Positions 27,101-39,650 of a DNA stretch of 64,000 bases are shown here, piece after piece. Under the pieces are notes generated by a model. That model ran no database searches, was not told the DNA's origin, and saw only the letters and a program-made list of their open reading frames with translations. Each line of letters opens with the position of its first letter. Position 1 is the stretch's first letter. The stretch covers positions 12,584,818 to 12,648,817 of the forward strand of contig OZ037772.1 in assembly GCA_964035545.1 (NCBI GenBank). The letters are read 5' to 3'. The stretch is from Bugula neritina (Eukaryota > Animalia > Bryozoa). A program made the position numbers and the translations under genes.

Positions 27101-30100
27101 TATGTATGCTAGTATTACACTACGTATGCTAGTATTAATTATACTATGTATACTAGTATTATACTACGTATGCTAGTATTATACTACGTATGCTAGTATT
27201 ATACTATGTATGCTAGTATTATACTATGTATGCTAGTATTACACTATGTATGCTAGTATTACACTATGTATGCTAGTATTAATTATACTATGTATGCTAG
27301 TATTACACTATGTATGCTAGTATTACACTATGTATGCTAGTATTATACTACGTATGCTAGTATTATACTATGTATGCTAGTATTACACTATGTATGCTAG
27401 TATTACACTATGTATGCTAGTATTACACTATGTATGCTAGTATTACACTATGTATGCTAGTATTACACTATGTATGCTAGTATTACACTATGTATGCTAG
27501 TATTACACTATGTATGCTAGTATTACACTATGTATGCTAGTATTAATTATACTATGTATGCTAGTATTACACTATGTATGCTAGTATTATACTATGTATG
27601 CTAGTATTTCACTATGTATGCTAGTATTACACTATGTATGCTAGTATTATACTATGTATGCTAGTATTACACTATGTATGCTAGTATTATACTATGTATG
27701 CTAGTATTACACTATGTATGCTAGTATTATACTATGTATGCTAGTATTATACTGTGTATGCTAGTATTATACTATGTATGCTAGTATTACACTATGTATG
27801 CTAGTATTAATTATACTATGTATGCTAGTATTATACTATGTATGCTAGTATTACACTATGTATGCTAGTATTACACTATGTATGCTAGTATTATACTATG
27901 TATGCTAGTATTAATTATACTATGTATACTAGTATTATACTATGTATGCTAGTATTACACTATGTATGCTAGTATTATACTATGTATGCTAGTATTATAC
28001 TATGTATGCTAGTATTACACTATGTATGCTAGTATTTCACTATGTATGCTAGTATTACACTACGTATGCTAGTATTATACTATGTATGCTAGTATTACAC
28101 TATGTATGCTAGTATTACACTACTACGTATGCTAGTATTATACTATGTATGCTAGTATTACACTATGTATGCTAGTATTATACTATGTATGCTAGTATTA
28201 TACTATGTATGCTAGTATTACACTACTACGTATGCTAGTATTATACTATGTATGCTAGTATTATACTATGTATGCTAGTATTATACTATGTATGCTAGTA
28301 TTACACTATGTATGCTAGTATTATACTACGTATGCTAGTATTAATTATACTATGTATGCTAGTATTATACTATGTATGCTAGTATTATACTATGTATGCT
28401 AGTATTACACTATGTATGCTAGTATTATACTATGTATGCTAGTATTACACTATGTATGCTAGTATTATACTATGTATGCTAGTATTATACTATGTATGCT
28501 AGTACTACACTATGTATGCTAGTATTATACTACGTATGCTAGTATTATACTATGTATGCTAGTATTACACTATGTATGCTAGTATTATACTATGTATGCT
28601 AGTATTACACTATGTATGCTAGTATTATACTATGTATGCTAGTATTAATTACACTATGTATGCTAGTATTATACTATGTATGCTAGTATTAATTATACTA
28701 TGTATGCTAGTATTATACTATGTATGCTAGTATTATACTATGTATGCTAGTATTATACTATGTATGCTAGTATTACACTACTATGTATGCTCGTATTACA
28801 CTATGTATGCTAGTATTATACTATGTATGCTAGTATTACACTATGTATGCTAGTATTACACTATGTATGCTAGTATTACACTATGTATGCTAGTATTACA
28901 CTATGTATGCTAGTATTATACTATGTATGCTAGTATTACACTATGTATGCTAGTATTACACTATGTATGCTAGTATTATACTATGTATGCTAGTATTATA
29001 CTATGTATGCTAGTACTACACTATGTATGCTAGTATTATACTACGTATGCTAGTATTATACTATGTATGCTAGTATTACACTATGTATGCTAGTATTACA
29101 CTATGTATGCTAGTATTATACTATGTATGCTAGTATTACATTATGTATGCTAGTACTACACTATGTATGCTAGTATTACACTATGTATGCTAGTATTACA
29201 CTATGTATGCTAGTATTATACTATGTATGCTAGTATTATACTATGTATGCTAGTATTATACTACGTATGCTAGTATTATACTATGTATGCTAGTATTACA
29301 CTATGTATGCTAGTATTACACTATGTATGCTAGTATTATACTATGTATGCTAGTATTACATTATGTATGCTAGTACTACACTATGTATGCTAGTATTACA
29401 CTATGTATGCTAGTATTACACTATGTATGCTAGTATTATACTATGTATGCTAGTATTACACTATGTATGCTAGTATTATACTATGTATGCTAGTATTATA
29501 CTATGTATGCTAGTATTATACTATGTATGCTAGTATTATACTATGTATGCTAGTATTACACTATGTATGCTAGTATTACACTACGTATGCTAGTATTATA
29601 CTATGTATGCTAGTATTACACTATGTATGCTAGTATTACACTGTGTATGCTAGTATTACACTATGTATGCTAGTATTACACTATGTATGCTAGTATTACA
29701 CTGTGTATGCTAGTATTATACTATGTATGCTAGTATTACACTATGTATGCTAGTATTATACTATGTATGCTAGTACTACACTATGTATGCTAGTATTACA
29801 CTATGTATGCTAGTATTACACTATGTATGCTAGTACTACACTATGTATGCTAGTATTACACTATGTATGCTAGTATTATACTATGTATGCTAGTATTACA
29901 CTATGTATGCTAGTATTATACTATGTATGCTAGTATTATACTATGTATGCTAGTATTATACTACGTATGCTAGTATTACACTATGTATGCTAGTATTACA
30001 CTATGTATGCTAGTATTACACTATGTATGCTAGTATTACACTATGTATGCTAGTATTACACTATGTATGCTAGTATTATACTATGTATGCTAGTATTATA

Positions 30101-32333
30101 CTATGTATGCTAGTATTACACTATGTATGCTAGTATTACACTATGTATGCTAGTATTACACTATGTATGCTAGTATTACACTATGTATGCTAGTATTATA
30201 CTACTATGTATGCTAGTATTACACTATGTATGCTAGTATTATACTATGTATGCTAGTATTACACTATGTATGCTAGTATTACACTATGTATGCTAGTATT
30301 ATACTATGTATGCTAGTATTACACTATGTATGCTAGTATTATACTACTATGTATGCTAGTATTACACTATGTATGCTAGTATTATACTACTACGTATGCT
30401 AGTATTACACTATGTATGCTAGTATTACACTATGTATGCTAGTATTATACTATGTATGCTAGTATTACACTATGTATGCTAGTATTATACTATGTATGCT
30501 AGTATTATACTATGTATGTTAGTATTATACTATGTATGCTAGTATTACACTATGTATGTTAGTATTACACTATGTATGCTAGTATTACACTATGTATGCT
30601 AGTATTACACTATGTATGCTAGTATTACACTATGTATGCTAGTATTACACTATGTATGCTAGTATTACACTATGTATGCTAGTATTACACTACGTATGCT
30701 AGTATTACACTATGTATGCTAGTATTACACTATGTATGCTAGTATTACACTATGTATGCTAGTATTACACTATGTATGCTAGTATTACACTATGTATGCT
30801 AGTATTACATTATGTATGCTAGTATTACACTATGTATGCTAGTATTATACTATGTATGCTAGTATTATACTATGTATGCTAGTATTACACTATGTATGCT
30901 AGTATTACACTATGTATGCTAGTATTACACTATGTATGCTAGTATTACACTATGTATGCTAGTATTACACTATGTATGCTAGTATTACACTATGTATGCT
31001 AGTATTGTACTATGTATGCTAGTATTACATTATGTATGCTAGTATTACATTATGTATGCTAGTATTACACTATGTATGCTAGTATTACACTATGTATGCT
31101 AGTATTATGCTATGTATGCTAGTATTACACTATGTATGTTAGTATTATACTATGTATGCTAGTATTATACTGTGTATGCTAGTATTATACTGTGTATGCT
31201 AGTATTATACTATGTATGCTAGTATTACACTATGTATGTTAGTATTACACTACGTATGCTAGTATTACACTATGTATGCTAGTATTATACTATGTATGCT
31301 AGTATTACACTGTGTATGCTAGTATTATACTGTGTATGCTAGTATTATACTATGTATGCTAGTATTATACTATGTATGCTAGTATTACACTATGTATGTT
31401 AGTATTACACTACGTATGCTAGTATTACACTATGTATGCTAGTATTATACTATGTATGCTAGTATTACACTGTGTATGCTAGTATTATACTGTGTATGCT
31501 AGTATTATACTGTGTATGCTAGTATTATACTGTGTATGCTAGTATTACACTATGTATGCTAGTATTATACTATGTATGCTAGTATTACACTATGTATGCT
31601 AGTATTACACTATGTATGCTAGTATTATACTATGTATGCTAGTATTACACTATGTATGCTAGTATTACACTATGTATGCTAGTATTACACTATGTATGCT
31701 AGTATTATACTATGTATGCTAGTATTACACTATGTATGCTAGTATTATACTATGTATGCTAGTATTATACTATGTATGCTAGTATTACACTATGTATGCT
31801 AGTATTACACTATGTATGTTAGTATTACAGACGTATGACTCACCTGCAGGCCAGTGTATCTGTCATTCAAGTCTGCAAGCTCATCATTTCGACTCTCCAG
31901 TGTCTTTTGCAGGAATGCAACCATCTCGTCTCGGTCTTTAGTAATCTGCTCATACTCCTGCTTCACCTTCCCACTCATTAAATCCAACTCGTCACATTTC
32001 TTCTGGTATCTAAACACAAATTTATATAAATTCAGGCCACCAAATTTTAATTTTTCAACGCAGAATATAAAAAATACAATAAATTGATTCTGAAGAAGCT
32101 CACAAAAATTACTTGCGTATGCAATTGAATCACCAAAGCACTCATGAGTATAGGTTTCCTTTATCTTTAGGTCTATACTACCTTGCTATTCTATTTTCTA
32201 GATCACGTATCTGTGTGTAATAGAACTCTTTGCTCAGCTCATCTACTTCAGGTCCTGATATCGGCATCGCTGATGCCTTCCCTGACTTCTTCCCCTTCTT
32301 TCCCTTGCCAGACTTTTTCTTTTTAGGCGGCAT
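21185..32333 (-). CDS. CFAP157: Cilia- and flagella-associated protein 157 (coiled-coil)
   Basis: Twelve phase-consistent exons: 32333-32182, 32009-31844, 26734-26629, 26234-26081, 25770-25608, 25193-25058, 24932-24833, 24146-23996, 23665-23514, 21962-21844, 21540-21395, 21304-21185. Family motifs: N-terminal [76 protein letters not shown], and YKLGDLGLVPRP. Confidence 0.93.
21780..21793. promoter_or_regulatory. RFX X-box GTCACCATGGAAAC in a CFAP157 intron
   Basis: Matches the X-box consensus GTHNYY-AT-RRNAAC and lies inside a ciliary gene. Confidence 0.45.
22356..22435. repeat. 21-bp tandem repeat (GTTAGGGCTGAGTTGGTAGAT)n, about 4 copies
   Basis: Directly visible in a CFAP157 intron. Confidence 0.85.
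24154..24290. repeat. 30-bp tandem repeat (CAAGTCTCATAGCAACTCACTCAAGTATGT)n next to the acceptor at 24147, decaying upstream
   Basis: Directly visible; units carry ATAGCAAC RFX half-sites. Confidence 0.8.
25270..25295. promoter_or_regulatory. Composite forkhead (TGTTTAC) plus RFX X-box (GTAACCATAGCAAC) element
   Basis: Sequence TGTTTACATCCGGTAACCATAGCAAC in the CFAP157 intron between 25193 and 25608. FOXJ1 with RFX is the established motile-cilia regulatory pair. Confidence 0.55.
26370..26628. repeat. 29-bp minisatellite (CTAATATTAGACACACAGTTACACACTAT)n, about 9 copies, starting at a CFAP157 donor
   Basis: Directly visible. On the minus strand the first unit begins GTGAGT (the true donor); later units mostly read GTGTGT. 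Confidence 0.95.
26757..31829. repeat. 20-bp satellite (CTATGTATGCTAGTATTAYA)n, about 250 copies, about 5.07 kb, filling CFAP157 intron 26735-31843
   Basis: Directly visible, with C/T variants, CTA and ATTA insertions, and higher-order duplicated blocks. Confidence 0.98.
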
Positions 32334-33199
32334 TTTCAACCTTTGAAAAATTTTAAACTTAAAGCTTCTAGCAATAAAAATTACACATTTTAAGTTAAAA
32401 GTGATGCAAAGTATAATAGTAAACTACAAAATAAAAAGAGTGACATGGTAAATAGGGTTAACAATTTTACAGTCCCAACTTATTTAGCAAAAGAAATGTT
32501 AGCATTATTCTAATTTTGTAATGATTATATATCATAAGTACAAAAACCAGTATAAGTAATATAACAATATTATAACTACAGAATACATTTTAGTTAAAAG
32601 TACCAGGAACATTCTAAATGTGACTTATTTTTGATTACATTATACAACCATTAGTAATAACAATATAGCAATCAATCACTAAACCCGAAAATTAAAATAT
32701 TAGACAAGCTATTGACTGAAAAGCTATGAATGTTGAAGAAAAATAAAAAATTGAACTTGAGACCATTACAAATCTCTACATGAAATACTGTTTAATATGG
32801 TACTTAGTAATAACTATAAGTACCATCAGGCGTAGTACTAGTTATTAGTACTAGTAGTAATACAAACATACATATCTGCATTTATAATTATAATTATAAC
32901 CACATTCATATTGAAACTCAATTTTATATCCATAACAATATTGAATTTGATATTCATATTCATAATGATAATCATATTGATAGTCATTAATTCATGTTCA
33001 TGTTCATTTTGATAATTGATAAATCATTATTAGATTTTTACGATTCGTATAGTTATTAGTTATGCATTTAAGCACATTAAACTTTACAAATCAATATGAT
33101 TGAACCCTACTAAATGAATTGTTAAAAACTAACTAATACTTTTCTAACAAAAAAACAGTTTGCGGTTCATATTATAATTATTATAAATATTGAAAGAAA

Positions 33200-33345
33200 C
33201 CTACAAATTACTATATAATTCGTTGCTAAGTACATAGATTATCCGGCTACGCATGCGCCAATTTAGATCACTTTTCCTAATGAAAAGCGAATAATTAACG
33301 AGAGCTCTTAAATATTTCAAAGCAGTAGGCTATTGTTATTATGAC
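33200..33345. promoter_or_regulatory. Putative bidirectional promoter for CFAP157 and SWI5
   Basis: Small CpG-containing island between head-to-head genes. It holds an NRF1-like ACGCATGCGC near 33249, a CCAAT, and an RFX-like GTTGCTAAG at 33222, and is flanked by very AT-rich sequence. Confidence 0.5.
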
Positions 33346-34223
33346 AACTAGGTCAAGGCCGTCAGTAAATTAACATGGAGAAGCTTAAAATTAATGCCAG
33401 AGTCATATATTTATATTATCATTATGTACCATTAATATTAATATGAATTAATTAGTTTATAAATATACTATCTATTATTAATATAAATTTATTTTCAATA
33501 ATTATGGCAATAATTATAATTAGTTAGTTGGTAATTACTATTAGTATTGCTATAAACAATTAAGTATACTATTAAATATTAATATTATTAATATTATTAT
33601 ACATTAATTTATTAAATTATTATTAATATTATTATTATTAATATTAATATCATACTTATACTTATAGTTATACCAAGTCTAATGGTGATACTTATAGTAT
33701 AACTGTTATAGTATTCCCATAAACTTAAACTTAAAGTATTACTAATACTATTAGTATTACTATTACTACTACTATTAGTATTAGTATTAGTATTACCATA
33801 ACATTAACTATCATAATGATAATTATTATTATAGTTGGAATTAATACTATAGATTATAGGCTTATAGTTATAGTAATACTAATGGTTAATTTAATTTATA
33901 TTATACTTTGAGTTAATAACTTATAAATTACAATAATTATGTTAAATTTTATATGATTTATTTGATTTATTTATATTGAATTTAATAAAACAGCATGTTA
34001 CATTAGGATTAAGTTTTACTAAAAGGGATTTATTTTTCTAAATATATAACAAGTTTCGTTTGTTGAGAGAATAATAATAATCAGCAGACTCTAAGTTTAG
34101 ATTTGATTTGATTTGATTTACTATAATATTTAGAATTGTTAATTGATGGGCAATACTATTTGTGAAAGTTGAACTTTTAAACTTTTCAGTCTCATGACCT
34201 CTGCATGACCTTCATACGACCTT

Positions 34224-34700
34224 ATGAACTCACAAGAACCAACTGATGCCAGCAGTAAAAGCTCTCAACTTGAGAATTTGCAGCAACAGATTGCTGAGCT
34301 GAAGCAGAAGTATGATTGAAAAGTTCAATAAAAACTACATTTGTTTTTCAAACTAATTGTTTGGAGTAAAGATTAAGAAAATGCATCCAATGGAAAATAA
34401 CTCAACAATCTGATTTATAAGGGAGTGGAGGATACAGAGAGTATCTGTTATCATGTAGCTCAAGGATTATGTTTGTAGAGGAAACAGAGTTGAAGACTTA
34501 CCAGTGTATATCAAGGCACTACATGAACTGAATGAGATTAAAGATTCAGCAGAAATTGTTATTGGCAAACTTGGTAAGTATCAACCACCAGGGGTAGGAA
34601 TTCTAGTAGTGGTAGTAGCAGCGGTAGTAGTGGTACTAGCAGCGGTAGTAGTGGTAGTAGCAGCGGTAGTAGTGGTAGTAGCAGCAGTAGTAGTAGTAGT

Positions 34701-34764
<64 letters not shown>

Positions 34765-35096
34765 ATAGTAGTATTGTGGTATTGTCTTCGTAGTATTGGT
34801 AGTGGTGGCGGCGGTGGTGCTAGTCATAATAATAGTAGTGCCAGTCATAGTAATAGTAGTGCCAGTCATAATAATAGTAGTGCTAGTCATAATAATAGTA
34901 GTGCCAGTCATAGTAATAGTAGTGTAAGTGGCAGTGACTTGCAAAAATTTTAGCTTTCACATTTGTATCTCCATGTCTCACAGCAGAGCTCAAGGCCGTC
35001 ACGGTTCAGTCTATCCGCAATGACATTGATTTGGATAGGAAGCTAAATTTTGCTGCTAATTCCCAGTCCCTCTCACAAGGCACTCACACGCATTGA
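34224..35096 (+). CDS. SWI5: DNA repair protein SWI5/Sae3 homolog
   Basis: Exons 34224-34309, 34479-34573, 34984-35096 give MNSQEPT..LQQQIAELKQKGNRVEDLPVYIKALHELNEIKDSAEIVIGKLAELKAVTVQSIRNDIDLD, matching the Swi5 motif LHEYNxIKDxxxxLxGKLA. AATAAA near 35233. Confidence 0.85.
34604..34925. repeat. (GTA/GCA)n trinucleotide tract plus 21-bp units in SWI5 intron 2
   Basis: Directly visible; it explains the poly-V/A and poly-Y/C ORFs. Confidence 0.9.
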
Positions 35097-36660
35097 TCTC
35101 TGTTGGGCATCCTTTGAGCTCTTCCTGTGTGGGAATCTAGCAGAGACTTCACAGAGTGTAAAGTTATCAACATGGGATAAAATCGGATGAAGACTGAGAA
35201 ATAATGTTCTTACATATCTCTGTTATTATTAACAATAAACACTGTGGCCATTCACTATAGAACATCTTTTTCATAAAATCTAGTAGCAAGGCATAATATT
35301 ATTATGTACTAAAAGATGAGAGAATGCAACATAATGGGTATATATTATGTAATAATGACACCTAAACAACTGCTAATATGTGTAAATATTATGAAACACA
35401 AAATGTGAAACAAACAATCAATCATAGTATGCAGTCATAGATCTATAGTAGTGTTATGTGGCAATATCACACCAAGTAGCACTTGTAAATACAAGATCCC
35501 ACAACTCCAGTCAACACAGTTCTGTACTATTAAAATAGTACGCAATAATAATTAACAATTCTTCATTCTAAGTAAATTTAGTGGTTGTCTCCCACGTATA
35601 ACTTCTTCAATATAGTGCTGCTGCTGCTGCTCTGAAGACAAACATATGGCAATATAAAAATAACACTGTATTCGAGCACTGTTAGCGTGTGGGAAGCTTT
35701 GCTAATAGAAAAGTTATAAAAAAATAATATTTTAAAAGGAACAACACTTGGCAGTTCGTAAAATTAAATATATTGAAATTCCAGGCACTAAGGAAATTAA
35801 CTTCTAAATTCTATTATTTGGGTAGTTGATTGTGCAAGCATTCAACTTGATACAATCTGCATGTAATATTAGACACAAGGAGATTACATGGAGAACTGAT
35901 TCAGCCTTCTTTCTTACATACAAACTGTGAAAATGAATTCATTCTGACAAACTTGCATGACTTCAACCTAGTTCTGCTGTTGACTTTGTTTATACCTGCT
36001 CAGGTGTGTAGCAACATACCACTAAACATATTTTATTTCTATTCAATTTACAGACCTGTTAGAATGCAACCCTGCAGTTTATTTTGTGATTTTTAGGCCC
36101 CATAATATATATACTTACTTTACATATTATATTATGTACACTCAGTTTGTTTATATATTATTGTAATTAATTTCTATTCAAACAACACTCTTAGCTAATA
36201 TCATCTGTAGCTGTCATGAATAGGCCTGAGCTATCCCTGCCTTGATGAATAGCAGGGCAGCTGGTTCAGATGGCTATTAGGTACTACTAGCTATCATTTC
36301 TAAAGTCAGCCATGCCTAGCAGTTGAGTTGACCAGCCGCAAATTCAGATAGGAGATTTTAATCTATATTTGTAAGTAAGTTAGTAATATAAAGTGTTGGA
36401 AGAATTACAAAGGTACATTCATTATTTTTATATTTATAGTCATATGTCATGTAATTAAATTTTCTCTAATCCTTATATGTTATGATTTTTTTCTGTTGAA
36501 CAATTAATGTTTTTATTATATGATAATATTATATTATATTATGCTGTTGAGTGTGGATTATTAAATAGTTTTAGATTTATCTACTTACTTTGTATATTAT
36601 ATCTACTTAATTTGTATATTATATCTACTTAATTTGTATATTATATCTACTTAATTTATA

Positions 36661-36851
36661 GGCATGTTAGACGGAGAGAAAGTAAGGATGACATCCTGAG
36701 AATGTCAGAGTTGACAGTTGAGGGAGTTCGACCTAGGGGTAGACCAAAGCAAGATGGTGTGATACAATAAACTCAGACTTTAGATGGCTTGATCTAGATG
36801 GCGCAGATACTGAAGATCGAGTGCACCGGTGAAAGGTGATCAAAGGTGACC
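36661..36851 (+). mobile_element. RTE-clade non-LTR retrotransposon 3' fragment (decayed)
   Basis: Translates, with a frameshift and a stop, as HVRRRESKDDILRMSELTVEGVRPRGRPK-RWCDTINSDFRWLDLDGADTEDRVHR*KVI. This is the typical RTE C-terminal GxRPRGRPKxRWxD...EDRxxW pattern. Confidence 0.8.
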
Positions 36852-37379
36852 ATTGTCATTATTGTTATAATATTTTTGTGTGTTGTGTGATGGTATTGCT
36901 GGAATGATATATGATAATGTGGTGCTGACTTGTAATGTGTTACATTGTTGATTTATTAGGTACAACTACTATGAATATAAAATGATAATAACACTGTGGA
37001 ATCTAGCAACTAACTAATTGTTTAGCAATAACTACACAAGTGTATATATAGATGCTGACTATATGATAATAAGGAAATGCATGATTAACAGAGACCTACT
37101 AATTATAGCTATTCGCTGTAGCTGTAGTAAAGTTTCGTTTATACCTTCACGATTTTCAGTCAGAAATTCAATTTGGCCGGGTTGTTTTTCTTATTTTACC
37201 ATAAAACCTAGCCATTTGCACCTCAACTCAAACAACTAGTGAATCCAAACTTATGTAGCTCATGTGTTCTCCAGCAGTGTTGTATAATATAGCTAAATTC
37301 ACAAAGTTACCATTCAAAGTACTAAATTTCTAGTCTACCAATCATAGTTACTATACACAATTTTTTGCTGATACTTTAG

Positions 37380-39248
37380 TTAAAAATCAACCAGCCATTA
37401 CGAAGGATTCGGCCAGATATGATGCCTTATGTTTCCAAGAAGCCATATTGTATAAACGAGAGTCCATTTGAAATGCAGAATACTGACCCAGAGAAAAGAT
37501 TTATGTCTGGTAAATCACTAAATTAAAACTCATATATCAGTGTGGTACATAGTCTGACATGCAGTTACACACATGCGAACATAAATATATATTACATCTA
37601 TATGTCTTCACTTTTATTAATACTTCTATGATAAATGTATAGACTTGAGTTAGCTTTCATTGGACATTTAGTTTCAGATAATAATGAGTAAAAATAAATC
37701 AATTAATGAAGTAAGTAAGAAAAACTTACATTTTCATAAAATTTATTTGTAATACCTTGACAAATAGATACAAATACCTTGACAAATAGATACAAATACC
37801 TTGAAAAACAGTCTAATGCTCAACACATTGCACACATTTGCCATATATTTTGATATCATATTTACAGGGTATATGGGATTTGTACCGAGGTCTCACGAGT
37901 TTTTTGGTATGGACTATGCGGGGCTACTCATGCGGCCCTCAATAGATTCACGGATAGCCTGCAAAAACAGAAGGTTGTTCTCTCCACACCCGTAAGTAGT
38001 CTACTTTAACACTCAGTGCTCAGTCTAAGCAGCAACGTTGTATAACCTTAAGCTTGCTCATTGGTTCAGTTGATTCAAAGTGACATCTGTTGCAGGTGGA
38101 GTTACACAGGGCCCCTGTTTCGTGTGTCACAGATACCAAATTGTACCCAGAAACAAGTGGTTTGGTTCCTAAATACACCGGCCATGTACCAGGTACTTCC
38201 TTATGTCTATTTTTTATCTTAATGTCTAATTTCTTTTATTTTAGGTGTAAATTGATTTCCTTCCCATGCATCCAATTGTTATGTTCTATTAGAAATTTAG
38301 GCCAACAATGTCATACTTTAGTTTTAAAGGGATCTATGTAATGTCTAAACCCCCTATTTAACTGTTAATGACATTACTAAGATCCTGATCAATATCCACA
38401 TATCATAGATTATAGCCTTTTTGCTCTGGAAAATGTGGACTTATACTTTTTCAACTTCAAGAATATTTTTTCTATAGTGTTCTTTATTAAATAAATGTGC
38501 TTGCTGAAATATATTGTATACATAATAAGCATGGATTACCATACTATATGCTATTACACTACAGTATTTGAATGGTATTGCAATATAATTATGCTATATA
38601 ACATTTATTTACTATACTATACTCGATTGTATTAATGAAATTACACTTATTTTACACCAACTCTTACAATACCACTGCTTGATGTATGTAGATATATATA
38701 ATTGCTATCATATGCTTTTGTTCTATATAATTTATATATATCATATTTATATATATCATGCTGAAATAGGTCATGTTTTACACATGCGATGAGCATTACT
38801 TTATGCTATAATATGCCATATAATAATCAGTGTAAGAATGTTAATTCATTTGATTGTATATTAAAATATTTATTGCTATATTACTGCCTAATGTAGATAC
38901 ATAAACTCATGCAAGTTTATAGTTGCTATCCCCGTGAGAACCCTTTATGAAAAAGGAAGTAATTATGACTGGATGCTCTTCCTAACATCACTGCTGGCCT
39001 TCACTCAGGTTAAAACAGTGATCTCATGTTTACTAAGCCAGTGCTGTACCCCCAGACTGCGGCTGCTAATGTAGATATATATTACTATATAATTCATATC
39101 TTCTTCTAGTATTATTCTACATTCTGCAGGAGAAAGGTTCAAGTTTGGCCAGACGTTCTTCCAGAGCACAGAGAATGCAGCAGACAGGTTTACGCCAGAC
39201 AGGCTATTGTGGAGCCACCAGCTTAAGACAACTCTTGTTTCGCAGTAA
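37380..39248 (+). pseudogene. FAM166B: FAM166/CIMIP2 (ciliary microtubule inner protein) family gene, C-terminal half only, with a 1-bp frameshift
   Basis: Exons 37380-37509, 37868-37991, 38096-38192, 39130-39248: SPFEMQNTDPEKRFMSGYMGFVPRSHEFFGMDYA/ATHAALNRF..SGLVPKYTGHVPGERFKFGQTF. Exon 2 is 1 nt short at the G-run 37920-37923. No N-terminal exons were found. Could be an intact gene with an assembly error; paralogue assignment is uncertain. Confidence 0.7.
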
Positions 39249-39650
39249 ACTGTACGATATGTCACCAGCATTATCCCCCAGTTTGGGTGTTGACTGTAGT
39301 GTATTAATATATGTATGGAAATACATCAAAGAAGTGTGTGAATTTAGAAATGTATGTGAAGGATTCTTAGGTCTGTAAAATGTTCAATACATGTTCAAAT
39401 ACACAATCTTTCATGCATTTTTATTATTTGAACTGTAAATTAGGTTATTTGATGGCTAGAATGTTATGAAAGTTATTTATTTGACCAGTTTTTTAAACTC
39501 CATTTGTATGTAAATATGTTTCAATACAATTTGCATGAGGTGTAATCATGTTTATATATAGCCCAAACAATATTTAAACCCCCAAAAGGTTACTTTAATG
39601 AGCAGTCATGTGAGTTTTTAAAGATGAAGGCCTTTTGACTGAAAGTTTGA

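Noticed and set aside
26757-31829. CRISPR-like or telomeric array
   Set aside because: Head-to-tail units with no unique spacers, eukaryotic intron context, no cas genes, and not a telomere motif.
34504-34953. 149-aa ORF with poly-Val transmembrane-like stretch
   Set aside because: Read-through of SWI5 exon 2 past the GTAAGT donor at 34574 into a trinucleotide repeat.
35552-35631. Possible minus-strand terminal exon (QQQQHYIEEVIRGRQPLNLLRMKNC*)
   Set aside because: It has an acceptor-like TTCAG, but I found no upstream partner exon or family similarity.
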